Shown: positions 23,001-31,273 of the stretch, piece by piece
Layout: each line of letters begins with the position of its first letter
How positions within the stretch are numbered: position 1 is the first letter of the stretch
Translations under genes and position numbers: made by a program
From: Candidatus Poribacteria bacterium
GTDB lineage: Bacteria > Poribacteria > WGA-4E > WGA-3G
Assembly (NCBI GenBank): GCA_963663765.2
Contig: CAXXUA010000004.1
Location: 1,088,001-1,152,000, forward strand
Length of the DNA: 64,000 bases
Direction of reading: 5' to 3'
Notes under the pieces: generated by a model
What the model was told of the DNA's origin: nothing
The model's input: only the letters and a program-made list of their open reading frames with translations
Database searches by the model: none

Positions 23001-25884
23001 CTGCCATTGTAACGCTTGAACGATCATATTGATATGGTACAATTCTTATATGTTGCGGTTTAACATGAGAACCGATATTGAGGAGTGGATCAATACCCAT
23101 GGCACGAACACCATAGTCACCGATCAATAGCGGTAATTGATCACCTTGAATGGGGAACTTATAGATACGTTCAGGTTCAAAGGTAAATGGAATCAGGTCA
23201 ATGTCATCTACGACAGCACCTAATAGATCCGTCAACAATGTGTATTGGTTATTAGTGAGCTCAATACCTAAGAATCCTCTAAGTTGATCTACAACCAATG
23301 CTTGTAAATCCTGTGCTTCTATTACCCCTGGAACTCCAGTCTCTAAGAGCCCTAAGAGTGATCTTAGTGCAAAATCGCGAATATCAATTTCTATGTCGGA
23401 TCCAGGCACACTCACTTTGAAACTATCATCTAATGAAGATGGAAATCTTTCGTTGATGAGATCCCAGATATCAGATGATAGAATAGATGCTTCAATCGTT
23501 AAAGGCAACCAAGTGCCTACTGGCTCTCCATTTTCATTCAGATCAATTATTTGATAAAGAAGAAAACCTTCATCAACTCCGATCTCACCAGGATCTGTTG
23601 TGCCTTTAATAGTCAACAAAGACGAAGTGCCTTCAACAGGAGCAGTAGCAACATACGCACCATTATTGTTCAAGTAACCTGTGGTGTCTGCGTTTGCTGT
23701 ACCGATAGTAAGTTCTGCTTCTGGCGCTGAAGTGTCAGTTTCAAACCCTACAGCAATGTGGTCAACCGCTTCTTCATCAGCATTGTAAACGACCGCTTCT
23801 AAAGTATATGCACCGTCATCCATTGAATCAATATTTGCATACCAGAGCGATTCTATTTCATAATCAATCAAGGGTACGGTGAAAACAGACGCTAACATAG
23901 GATCGTAATTTGATTCAAAATTATTTGTTAACTCATTAGCATTTCGCAACAATAAGTTTTGCAGTTTACGAAGTTCCTGTCCTGGAATGGTTAGATCTGT
24001 GTTTCCAGCAGAAAGAAGCGGAAGAGCTATTCTGACAATTTCCGCTACGACATCATCAGTAAACATCGCATCAAGGATACCTCGATCTGCAATTTGAAGG
24101 TTGCGCGGATCAGGCATCGACCAACTATTGATAGTATACTCCCTATTCGCATCAGCGACTGTCGTGGCATCTCCACTTGGTGAAAGCAAAGCTTCTGCAA
24201 GTGCCTCACGATTAACAATAACTAACTTCACAGGTTCAACCAGAGTGACTTCAAAGTAGTAATTCACATTTCGTCCAGGAATAATACCTACATCACCTTC
24301 CCAAACGACACCTTTATCAGTCGTTACTGGATTCATTTGAAGTGCGATATATTGTTCTTCCAATCCTTCTTGTGAATACCGAAGTACAACCTCAGAAAAA
24401 AGCTGATTCCCTAATGCTGGCCAAGCAGGTAAATTCGCGGCAGCAAGTGTCTCTTCCAATCGGAAGGTATAAGGGATTGTATCTGATTGGAATAAATCTG
24501 GGGCGATCCGCTGACCTTGTTCCGCCTCAACGCCATTGAGCCTAATCTGAACGCTACCACCTTCAAGTGTTGATGGTACGCGCACGTACAAGTTCAAATT
24601 ATCTCTTGTTGAGAATTTTGACGTGTTAGGTGTATCATCGTAAAGAGCTTCAGACAATGTCGGTGTAATTCCGTTACCAAAGTTCTCAAAATCTAACCCC
24701 GGTGGTTCATCAGCGAAAATAGAGAACGCTTGACGCGAAGTTAAATTTTGTCGAATCGTTTCTTCAGGAATAATTCCAGCTGGGATTTGTGCTATAAGAA
24801 ACTCAACCGCAGGTTCAACTAAAGCGTCGGCCGCGGCAGAATCAAGTCCGGCAGCTGCAATAAGATCACGAATAAACGCTCTACCATGAATCCTATTCAA
24901 TGAAAGCCCACCAAGTCTTGACTCACCATTTAGGTTTGAAGTAACAAGATCAACTGAGGGCAATTCTCCATCTGTCGGAGGTTCCGGCTTATCTGGAGGA
25001 TCTGGGGGTTCTGTTGGAAACTCCGCAGTTGCAAATCTAATCACAACGGTTGCAGGGGTTGAATCCGCAGTTCCATCATTGGCTATTAGCGTTAATGTTA
25101 CAGTGGCACCAGCGATGGTAGGCATCGCTGCCGTGGGAGCAGTCTGCGTAATCGTCACACTGCCACCGGTAAGCGTCCCACTCGGAATACTATAGTATCC
25201 CGCTGCGCTTGCTGGGTCCACCGAAATAGAACCTGTTACAGTAACAGCATCTCCGTTAACATCCGCAGTAGCAAAAGCAACATCAAACGAACCGCTTTGA
25301 GCGGCTGTCGGACTTGAGGTTCTAATAGATACTGTCGGAGGTTCCGGATCTGGGTCCGGACCTGGATCTACACCAAGCACAGTCTGAATTGTTTCTGAAT
25401 TAGTTGGTGTCAGGGATGACTTCCAAGTCTCATCTGCAAAAAGCAAACGTAGAAGTTCTAAAACTGCTACTGTATCCTGCATCAAAGTCCGAACATTTGA
25501 ATCCATTAAAACTGTTCGGATACCTTCGTCATCTGTAAGTAGCCCTATGACCTCGGGAGTTGCGCCTGGTACAACGGCAGTTATTAAGGCTGGATTACTA
25601 AGTATCGCATCAAGTGCCTTTCCAAAATCACCTTCATATAACAAATCAATGAGTGGTTTAGCATCAATTAAAGTTTCAGGATCGCTTAGTTTTGCGAGAA
25701 CTTGAACAGTCAAATCCTGGAGATCAGCGCGCAAAAGCGTTTCATTAAAATCATCATACACCATTTGGGCGAGTTCTTCAGAAGTTGGATCCGCATCTTG
25801 CCCAAACACAGTGTCTGAAATAATTGTACTGTGAAAAACACACAATATAAAAATCAAAAAACAAACGAGTGTTCGTTTTTTCAT
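14092..25884 (-). CDS. Giant (~3930 aa) acidic Ig-like-repeat surface protein with FlgD-Ig/T9SS-type C-terminal domain
   Basis: Start MKKRTLV after GAGGAGG; signal peptide; Big-like repeats; C-terminal YNHPNPF..IYDVTLRPVRVL..WDGKTSSGENLARGIYF. Confidence 0.85.
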   Translation of the reverse strand: MKKRTLVCFLIFILCVFHSTIISDTVFGQDADPTSEELAQMVYDDFNETLLRADLQDLTVQVLAKLSDPETLIDAKPLIDLLYEGDFGKALDAILSNPALITAVVPGATPEVIGLLTDDEGIRTVLMDSNVRTLMQDTVAVLELLRLLFADETWKSSLTPTNSETIQTVLGVDPGPDPDPEPPTVSIRTSSPTAAQSGSFDVAFATADVNGDAVTVTGSISVDPASAAGYYSIPSGTLTGGSVTITQTAPTAAMPTIAGATVTLTLIANDGTADSTPATVVIRFATAEFPTEPPDPPDKPEPPTDGELPSVDLVTSNLNGESRLGGLSLNRIHGRAFIRDLIAAAGLDSAAADALVEPAVEFLIAQIPAGIIPEETIRQNLTSRQAFSIFADEPPGLDFENFGNGITPTLSEALYDDTPNTSKFSTRDNLNLYVRVPSTLEGGSVQIRLNGVEAEQGQRIAPDLFQSDTIPYTFRLEETLAAANLPAWPALGNQLFSEVVLRYSQEGLEEQYIALQMNPVTTDKGVVWEGDVGIIPGRNVNYYFEVTLVEPVKLVIVNREALAEALLSPSGDATTVADANREYTINSWSMPDPRNLQIADRGILDAMFTDDVVAEIVRIALPLLSAGNTDLTIPGQELRKLQNLLLRNANELTNNFESNYDPMLASVFTVPLIDYEIESLWYANIDSMDDGAYTLEAVVYNADEEAVDHIAVGFETDTSAPEAELTIGTANADTTGYLNNNGAYVATAPVEGTSSLLTIKGTTDPGEIGVDEGFLLYQIIDLNENGEPVGTWLPLTIEASILSSDIWDLINERFPSSLDDSFKVSVPGSDIEIDIRDFALRSLLGLLETGVPGVIEAQDLQALVVDQLRGFLGIELTNNQYTLLTDLLGAVVDDIDLIPFTFEPERIYKFPIQGDQLPLLIGDYGVRAMGIDPLLNIGSHVKPQHIRIVPYQYDRSSVTMAALGDINHNGKDDAYEFGVIYDNARDVTLTVTIDERTVHPLNRDPQHPNASITVYYSDLEADGVWQSIDEVELVEGEGAAGDTRTILWEVGNALEDLLQAGDTVFVRTVTTNALQHPIDINGVDFDALTEDQDLRISDAFTINLDADVHPVDPVVLVVDVDTDSVVMKNQDSGAPQGTIMLEGYTPRRTVPATESIRIEVMRPGDDTPIKIGEVAVDDSAGMDGGVTEAIMFKGKTLAEVYVDDTLHIDSTSSYLKWIITVDTTLLDDTITVDSPAARDASLDENRYMVRAYAVGADGTDISPILMGEDYTEQFSVDNDDDVAPLGPIGVVVTSIEPADAMLIDNGDGTYTVSALVDKYDPTVKSPVVTLTLTPTADRHTYKDGGVKLLTTLPEGAIIGEVTETAEGSGVFTVTIDVGTLADDDEEVYNDKYLQNHSKDPYDLMYNPTEDDVYSFTVHALAYDNAEPYDDDTASDEVFLEYGNIQADDYEGDEITINVENTYRPDPGVIAVTVDNSDGAVNPDSGAPQGELTFNVYTYYITSAPTDGIRVEVARPVDDTWERITGTAVDPVEVDVSELPGIDDLDDITGGLIGITQAGTEADGESVVAIPGRYMKWQFIVDTRELALEDTFTADDEPINRLEDTISRGDDSQRDVSLDTNKYVVRAISLTPQNKAHTEYMQRDGVEASFSLDNVDDVPPLGPTNITDVADHVGSLAANEDGSFTARGIVDDAVESTELTFTIEPTAEPITYEGGKIGLVQTAPDGSVSHVEGSLDDGQITVDIGLLENGAYTYYALVADREVDDEGNHINWQDHENEVASPIITVHVLNFRVSDIMELMVTEVDDVLVEGELPDPIPLRDSIAVSFNVNNGTLFEDDLIGVVVGGQFRDGDDYTAGSDGEYAFMLSANNLMELPSQHTTPHGRVEIRERFVDFALANINLDNTAPVITFVTPTEGVTINDLPTLHAEYNDGDLGVGISADNTAVVSLDRLRPEEVVQDAVPIAVDPEMVEQDIDSVVYTRIDKLAGGAYQFTVMVTDSLGNVGEASVNFAVEGIDPTVVVTAPASGQEFDANPGSVTGFFAGGGDVGITKFTVNDVDVSESISVDGSNFTYTPEEGFGEDTHTVAVEVTDGSGLTAQTSLTFIVEHPVPTATIATPTAGQEYNHGVPIITGTFSGADPVSGTLSIDGEAVMDVSGNEFTYKPTEPLSDGDHTVMLMVIDVNGNTAEATTEFTVNIPGPSVAIHSPAGGQLYDHGTPEIAWKATGVAEPVSVTLTINGDAVELVDDADSYTPDSVLADGDYTAVVTATDANEKKAEATVVFSVFHPEPTVSIQSPTAGGSYDHEFSHIAGEFSGVGEVTIDLMLDGEAVEETKDGNQFTAELSDKLSEGEHMVTVMVTSENGKTAQASASFSVTYPEASVSISSPVAGDTYDHTFRHISGSFNGVAPVSVMLTVDDGDAIALEPDGNEFTHTLSDKLGEGSHTVSVTVMDANGETADASTTFSVVYPDASVSISSPTEGGTNDHTFRHISGSFNGVAPVSVMLTVDDGDAIALEPDGNEFTHTLSDKLGEGSHTVSVTVMDANGETADASTTFSVVYPEASVSISSPEAGDTYDHTYRHISGEFTGVGEVSVTLMVDGEAVDVKPEGNEFSHDLADKLDEGSHTVSVSVMDENGETAEASTTFSVMYPDASVSISSPTEGGTNDHTFRHISGSFIGVAPVSVMLTVDSGDAIALEPDGNEFTHTLSDKLGEGSHKVSVSVMDANGETAQASTTFSVVYPEASVSISSPEAGDTYDHTYRHISGSFIGVAPVSVMLTVDDGDAIALEPDGNEFTHTLSDKLGEGSHTVSVSVMDVNGETAQASTTFSVVYPEASVSISSPVAGDTYDHTFRHISGEFTGVGEVSVTLMVDGEAVDPDDVKTEGNEFSHNLADKLDEGSHTVSVSVMDENGETADASTTFSVMYPDASVSISSPVEGGTNDHTFRHISGSFIGVAPVSVMLTVDDGDAIALEPDGNEFTHTLSDKLDEGNHTVSVSVMDANGETAQASTTFSVVYPEASVSISSPVAGDTYDHMYRHISGEFTGVGEVSVTLMVDGEAVDPDDVKTEGNEFSHDLADKLGEGSHKVSVSVMDANGETAEASTTFTVMYPDASVSISSPTEGGTNDHTFRHISGSFNGVAPVSVMLTVDGGDAIALEPDGNEFTHNLSDKLDEGSHTVSVSVMDANGETADATTTFSVVYPDASVSISSPEAGDTYDHTYRHISGSFIGVAPVSVMLTVDSGDVIVLEPDGNEFTYNLSDKLGEGSHTVSVSVMDANGETADASTTFSIVYPEATVTIQSPVAGTSYDNGSIIVNGEYTGVGDVAVVLTVGGENVDVSKHDGNQFTGEIELLHGQYRATAKVTDSNGESATTSVDFIVDIPGPSVAILSPAAGQTYYQGKPIFRGHFTGMTEVELTTFTINGEDAPVEVEENQFTYTPSDDLATGEYIVMVEVTDENEKTAQATVVFNVMLDTTPPVISEVGPSGIVKDSWVNISAVITDEQSDILSVEFYIRDENDVNKGFVPFVSSVDPGPANHRITADKIKNGQIEISDSFEPGTHTMQVIAESLGGTTVHTWSFTVVIDTTAPIISSITPSGTIHRGLPTVSASANDESGVAEIIITVMDDNGEEVTGGTMDDAEADVTGITRADFMPENPLDEGSYTIEVRATDTNGNSSSAKGVFTVDFDTAAPIITSSAPQDGARLTYKQTFNKQTGNDDKENARPTISLTYGDAETGVNVGSIKLVIEAPKKGGGTLVAPIDLTDDQKSATQVLYTLSSPVFPDEYLEPGEYVVKLEVSDNAHQQGNVPEDNDGARKANTAVYQFSFFVEYSDAPILAVKPYNHPNPFKDSTRISFTLNRTSTVSIVIYDVTLRPVRVLKDNEVMSAGNYIGRHGTQWDGKTSSGENLARGIYFCEIVVTDGIEPEYAILKLALTR
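16020..18767 (-). repeat. 10 near-identical intragenic repeats of ~270-279 bp (Ig-like domains)
   Basis: YP(E/D)ASVSISSP units, spacing measured at 270-273 bp for several. Confidence 0.9.
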
Positions 25885-26598
25885 TAACTCTTCCTCCTCG
25901 TTAAGTCTAAACGAAATATAGACTAAATACTGAAGTTTTAGATGGGCAACCGAGAAACACAACAAAAACGACCGGAGGTAGGTGTTTGCCCATCCAATTC
26001 TAACATCCTACTACCAAGAAGTTAATATTTTCTTCAATGTACGCAAATATACCCCGGCAAAACCTTAATCAAGGCCAAAAGCAAGCAAAATCGGACACCA
26101 TAATTTTGTTCTTGACCCACAAACTTCTATTTCAGTGGTTAACATAACAGGTTCCAGGGTATTTTGCAAATAATATTTATTTAACTAAAAGCAGACTATA
26201 ATATAAGGACATCTGACATTTTAACAATAGTGACTTAATTAAGCAAGCATTTTAATCAGGCGTTTTCTTTTAGAAATTCTGTAAAATCCGCAGCCTATTT
26301 GATTTTAACGATTAAATTGCAATCAATATCTAATATAATACCATAATTAAGAAAACATGTCAAATCAAAATATCATAATTCTGTTTAATTATTACACGTT
26401 TTTTGACACTACATAATTAATTCTAATTGCTATCTTACAATTATACATTATTATTGTCAACTAATAAATGTATGAGCAATTTTAGTAACATTTTCTATCA
26501 CTCACACTCGCTCAATTTTGAAGGTTTGTTAATATTGAAACGTCAATAACACTTTAGACGTTACGCAATTTTTACAATTAACAAATACTTATCATTAA

Positions 26599-27154
26599 CA
26601 ATACCTTCGCGAATAATACAGGGTTATTTAGTTTTAAGAGTTTTCTGTTATTGAGATTTACTGAAAGTTAATACCCATGTTCGATTTCCTAACCGAACTT
26701 TCTGCATCAGTTTTAGATTATTGAAACATGAACATCGCTCTTTAGTCTCGCCAAATGCCATACGGGGAATGCCTTAATGGCATTCATACCGTTGATTTGG
26801 CGCATTTGGCGTTGATTTGGTAGGGACTAAAGAACTGGACAAGATGGCACCCTATAAAATTAACGACATAGCAAAATAATATCAAAAATATTGAAAATTA
26901 AATAACCCTGGCCAATAATAGACATTCTGTCAGATTGTGCGGGCAGTTGTAGCACATTCTGCCAGATTGTGCGGGCAGTTGTAGCACATTCTGTCAGATT
27001 CTATCGTCAAATTAGACGCTATGATAAATAAAAATACTTCAACGAAAACCTGAAGTTATTTTTATTTATGCAATCCTAACAATATCACAGAGCAATGGTA
27101 GATCAACACTATATACTCATTCAATTGAAACACTCAAAAATCGCGAAGGTATTG
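26599..27154 (-). mobile_element. Second family A MITE, inverted relative to 10985-11982, with its own family B insertion (26619-26910)
   Basis: caataccttcgc...gcgaaggtattg; B flanked by gcgaataata/gccaataata; only ~2.5 units of the 32-bp repeat. Confidence 0.8.
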
Positions 27155-27180
27155 AGTTAATATACATTGTTGTTTTTTAG

Positions 27181-27370
27181 CAGGATTTACGCAAAAACGG
27201 TAGGCGGGGAATGCCTAAAGAAGCATGCGCGTGTGGCATGCTCCATGATTCATACCGTTGATTTCTTGATTTGGTGCTTTGTAAGCGCGCTGGAAACCCA
27301 TAAAAAAGCTGATAATTGCATCATTTTCATAATAATATTTGATAAAATCAAGAAAACTGCGTAAGTCCTG
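27181..27370. mobile_element. Family C MITE
   Basis: TIRs with perfect 5-bp TSD tttag. Confidence 0.8.
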
Positions 27371-27402
27371 TTTAGATGAAAGTTTCATCTCTTCATTCTG
27401 TT

Positions 27403-28824
27403 TTAGGCATCAAGCAATTTCAATGCTGCCCGATCTCCACTATGTATGCAATCAGGTATTCCAATGCCATGATAAGCATTACCAGCAATTGTTAGGTTGG
27501 TTGACACTTTTGCAGCTTCTTCAATCTCACTGACGAGAGCTTGGTGTCCAACTTCATATTGTGCCATCGCTTGAGTATGTTGACTAAGAATTGACATAGT
27601 TGGTTTCGCAGTAATTCCAAGTAACTTCGTTACCTCTTTAAGTACAGTAGTAATGATACTTTTTTCTTCAACTTGTTTCTTAATTTCATTTGCTGTTCTA
27701 CTCACAAAGGCTCGCAATAGCACATATTCTTCTGGTGCGCGGTTTTCAAACTTTATGCTGCTAAACGAACAGCCTATCAGGTTAAGATGTTCCGTAATAG
27801 GTACTACAAAACCCATTCCGTTGAGTGGATGTGCAATATCTTTACGCCGAAACGCAAAATTCACTGTTGCAGAAGAAGTATAGGGTACTGCAGCGAGTTT
27901 CTTTGCCAAAGTAGGTGAAACTACCTGCAAGATTTTACTTGTTTGTGGTGCGGGGAGAGCAATACAGAGCAGATCGGCATCCAAGACTTCATCATTCTGC
28001 AAGCTAACATGCCAACCTTCTCCATGTTCTTTTTGTTGAATAGATGTAACACAGGAATGAAGACGAATACATCGAACGAGTTTTTCTGCAAGTGCATCTA
28101 CTAACGTCTGCATACCTGCTGCAAAAGACAGAAACAGGCTATAACGAGGCCCACTCGTGTCACGACTTGTCTGTTTAGCATTCCGTTTTTGTGCTAAGAG
28201 TGCCTTGATGATGCTGCCGTGTTCACGTTCCATCTCTAAGAACCTTGGAAAAGTTGCTTTCAAGCTCAAGTTTTCTGCATCTGAAGTGTAGATGCCACCA
28301 ATCATCGGTTGTGCCATCCGTTCAAACGCTTCGTTTCCGAGTCTCCGTCTGACAAAATCTGCAACAGATTCATCATCAATATCAGTATTTCTTGAAATAA
28401 ATATATCGCAAGTAATTCGAAGTTTACCCATCAGACTAAAGATAGGACTTTTCAAAAAAGGCATAAACGAACCCGGTGCCATCATGTAAAAGCCTTCTGG
28501 TACAGGCAGCAATTTGCCTTTGCGAACAACAAAACTACGTCTCACCTTTCGGTTGGTGCCTATCAATTTATCGGTGATACTGAGTTCTTCGCAAAGTGCT
28601 TTCCCCCAAGGTTTTGTTGAAATAAACGCATCAGGACCGTGTTCTATAATAAATCCGTCTCTATGTTCAGTCCGAATTACACCTCCAACTCTGTCACTCG
28701 CTTCAAGAAGAATTACTTCAAGCGGAATACCCCGTATTTCCGATTCGCGTTTTAAGCGATAGGCAGCCGATAAACCGGTGATACCGCCGCCGATAACAAT
28801 GGCGCGTTTCTGGGCATGAGTCAT
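27403..28824 (-). CDS. hemY: Coproporphyrinogen/protoporphyrinogen oxidase (HemY/CgoX)
   Basis: IGGGITGLSAAY FAD motif, EHGPDAF, GIGIPDCI. Confidence 0.92.
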   Translation of the reverse strand: MTHAQKRAIVIGGGITGLSAAYRLKRESEIRGIPLEVILLEASDRVGGVIRTEHRDGFIIEHGPDAFISTKPWGKALCEELSITDKLIGTNRKVRRSFVVRKGKLLPVPEGFYMMAPGSFMPFLKSPIFSLMGKLRITCDIFISRNTDIDDESVADFVRRRLGNEAFERMAQPMIGGIYTSDAENLSLKATFPRFLEMEREHGSIIKALLAQKRNAKQTSRDTSGPRYSLFLSFAAGMQTLVDALAEKLVRCIRLHSCVTSIQQKEHGEGWHVSLQNDEVLDADLLCIALPAPQTSKILQVVSPTLAKKLAAVPYTSSATVNFAFRRKDIAHPLNGMGFVVPITEHLNLIGCSFSSIKFENRAPEEYVLLRAFVSRTANEIKKQVEEKSIITTVLKEVTKLLGITAKPTMSILSQHTQAMAQYEVGHQALVSEIEEAAKVSTNLTIAGNAYHGIGIPDCIHSGDRAALKLLDA

Positions 28825-28857
28825 GATTATTTCCTAAAACCATGTAGAAAAATTCTG

Positions 28858-29802
28858 CTATTGCTCAAACTTCTCACACACAGAATCTGCCAACATACCG
28901 ATAAATCTTGGGTGGTCGCCAACTGTCCCTGCACGAATAAAATCAATCCCGAGGTTCTCCGCTGTTTCCTTTGCCTCAATGTCAAGGTCGTATAATACCT
29001 CAACGTGATCACAAAGGAAACCGATGGGTGACACAACAACGGTGTCAATACCCTCCTCTTTTTTCGCTTTAAGCCAATCGTTGATATCCGGTTGCGTCCA
29101 GGGGATTGGACTATTCTCTACTTCACTTTGATATGCAAAACTGTACTGTCTTTTTCGCAGCACTCGAGCAACTGCTTCACCCGTTGCCTCAAACTGTTGT
29201 GAATAAGGCGAAGTATCTGCTGCTACTTGTGGAATTGCATGTGCACTGAAAACAATTTCAGCATGTTCTAATTTATTCCCACAAGCGATTTTGATATTCT
29301 CCGCAATAGCACCCACATATCCTTCATGTGTGTACCAAGGGTCAAGATAGTCTATTGTCGGTTGTTCACCTTTGACTGCTTCAATTCCTTTCTTTACAGT
29401 GTTTAGATACCATTCATAACTGACTTTTGCTCTGTGAGGTGCCATGATAATACCAAGAATTCTTCGATGTCCTTTACCTGCCATTTCCGCAATGATGTCT
29501 TTTAAGTAAGGTGTCCAATGCCGAAATCCCACAAAGACTGGTAGCGCCAAATCTCGTAGTTGCAATGCGTTTTGTAATGCTGTACCTTGTTTTAATGTCA
29601 AGTCATTGAACGGTGAAAATCCGCCTAATTTAATGTAATGTGTAGAAATGTCTTGCACGCGTTCTTTTTGAGACTCTGATTCGCCAGCAATTCCTTCTAC
29701 AAAACAATATGCTTCACCAGGACACTTGTTAGCATCGTACTTTTTACAACATCCAGGCGTAGGTCCTCCAAACGCTACGAGCAAAACGCTATCATATTTC
29801 AT
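28858..29802 (-). CDS. hemH: Ferrochelatase (HemH/CpfC)
   Basis: FGGP, GGFSP, FSAH, PWTQPDI, PIGFLCDHVEVLYDLD motifs; start MKYD after AGGAGAG. Confidence 0.92.
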   Translation of the reverse strand: MKYDSVLLVAFGGPTPGCCKKYDANKCPGEAYCFVEGIAGESESQKERVQDISTHYIKLGGFSPFNDLTLKQGTALQNALQLRDLALPVFVGFRHWTPYLKDIIAEMAGKGHRRILGIIMAPHRAKVSYEWYLNTVKKGIEAVKGEQPTIDYLDPWYTHEGYVGAIAENIKIACGNKLEHAEIVFSAHAIPQVAADTSPYSQQFEATGEAVARVLRKRQYSFAYQSEVENSPIPWTQPDINDWLKAKKEEGIDTVVVSPIGFLCDHVEVLYDLDIEAKETAENLGIDFIRAGTVGDHPRFIGMLADSVCEKFEQ

Positions 29803-29812
29803 AATTCTCTCC

Positions 29813-31273
29813 TTATGCCATATTCGCAAATTGGGCAGGCATGAAACCAGGATCAACTTCTATCGCTTGTGCAAATGCTTCCTTTGCGTTCTTTTCATCA
29901 CCATTCGTGCGATGTGCAAGTCCGATAGAGAAGTACGCTTGTGCAAGTTGTGTTCCTTCAAGTCCACTCACTAATCCCTTATAGATTGATTCCAAACCGA
30001 GCGCAGGGTCATCGCCATTTCGGAATGCAGATAGAATGTGATTGTACCCGCGCAACAAATGTGCTGGCGCATAATCAGGATCTATTTCAAGCGCCGAATT
30101 CAATGCAATTGTTGCTTCATAGAAATAATCCCCTTTCTCAAGCACACTCGACACGGATCGGGATGCCGTTGTCAATAGATTCGCGTATTCTATCCATGCA
30201 TTTGGAAGGTTACAGAATTTTTCGGTTGCAGTTTTCAAAATAGCAATTGCCAATCCGATATCGTTCCCCTCCGCAACCTCTTCAGCCGTTTCGCGATATG
30301 CTTCAAAGTCTTTCAGTTCCTGTGTCTGTTGGCTAAGAGCATTTACATCTGCCATTGGAATAGAAGATGGTTTGAAGTGCTGCCAACCCGGTTCGGGGTC
30401 GTCAATCAACCCCCGATAAACACGCAGAATAGCATAGCGGGGAGTTCCCCAAACTTCTGCAATATCGCGAATCCAAATCGGATAGTTCGACTCCAAGTCA
30501 GACAGTAATTCCATGAGCGACATACCTTCTTCAACACGTTTTCGAACTTCCGTTAAGAAGTAATCCTCAATTTTGAGTAAAAGATCAATTTCGGGATCGT
30601 GTGCCAAAGGTCCGTGACCGGGAAGCACATGCTCTGGGTTGTATGTGCGCAGCTCCTGGATCGTGTTAATCCAATCATGGTTCGCCATAAGACCTTCATT
30701 CATAACGGGTTGTCCAAAGATTGGAAAACTACCGGTCATCACTGTATCACCAGATACGATGCAGCCTTCTCCAGGAATCCGTATGGCAGTTGCATCGTCT
30801 GTTTCCGCTTTTCCTAAGTGGACAAGGTGTAAAGGTTGGTTTCCTAAATTAAGTTCAGTCTCATGTGTAAACGTCCGCTGTGGTAAAAATGGCGGATCAC
30901 CAAGTGAGAACCCGCGAGAACGTAGGAAATCCTCTTGCCGCGGCGCTCTGTTCACCATAAAATCCTTTGTCATCTCGCGAGCGACAACTGTCGCGCCTTC
31001 TTGACGAAATATTATGTTCCCATTCGTATGATCCCAGTGATAGTGCGTGTTAATTGCATATAATATCGGTTTATCCGTAATAGAACGAATAGCTTTCAGT
31101 AACCGTTTACCCATCATTTGATTGACCTGTGTATCAATTACTGCAACACCATTATCACCGATTATGATAGAAGAGTTGACGATATTGCGGAACAGATACA
31201 CACGGTCTGTTACCTGAACGAGTTGCCCATATTGTCGTGGAGCGAATGGATTTTCTGGTATGTTTTGCATCAA
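29813..31273 (-). CDS. MBL-fold metallo-hydrolase with C-terminal TPRs
   Basis: NTHYHWDH, SGD, PGHG motifs; TPR-like C-terminus. Confidence 0.85.
   Translation of the reverse strand: MMQNIPENPFAPRQYGQLVQVTDRVYLFRNIVNSSIIIGDNGVAVIDTQVNQMMGKRLLKAIRSITDKPILYAINTHYHWDHTNGNIIFRQEGATVVAREMTKDFMVNRAPRQEDFLRSRGFSLGDPPFLPQRTFTHETELNLGNQPLHLVHLGKAETDDATAIRIPGEGCIVSGDTVMTGSFPIFGQPVMNEGLMANHDWINTIQELRTYNPEHVLPGHGPLAHDPEIDLLLKIEDYFLTEVRKRVEEGMSLMELLSDLESNYPIWIRDIAEVWGTPRYAILRVYRGLIDDPEPGWQHFKPSSIPMADVNALSQQTQELKDFEAYRETAEEVAEGNDIGLAIAILKTATEKFCNLPNAWIEYANLLTTASRSVSSVLEKGDYFYEATIALNSALEIDPDYAPAHLLRGYNHILSAFRNGDDPALGLESIYKGLVSGLEGTQLAQAYFSIGLAHRTNGDEKNAKEAFAQAIEVDPGFMPAQFANMA

Noticed and set aside
25885-26120. 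Riboswitch upstream of the giant gene
   Set aside because: A hairpin (gatgggcaa...ttgcccatc) is present, but I could not match a known aptamer consensus.
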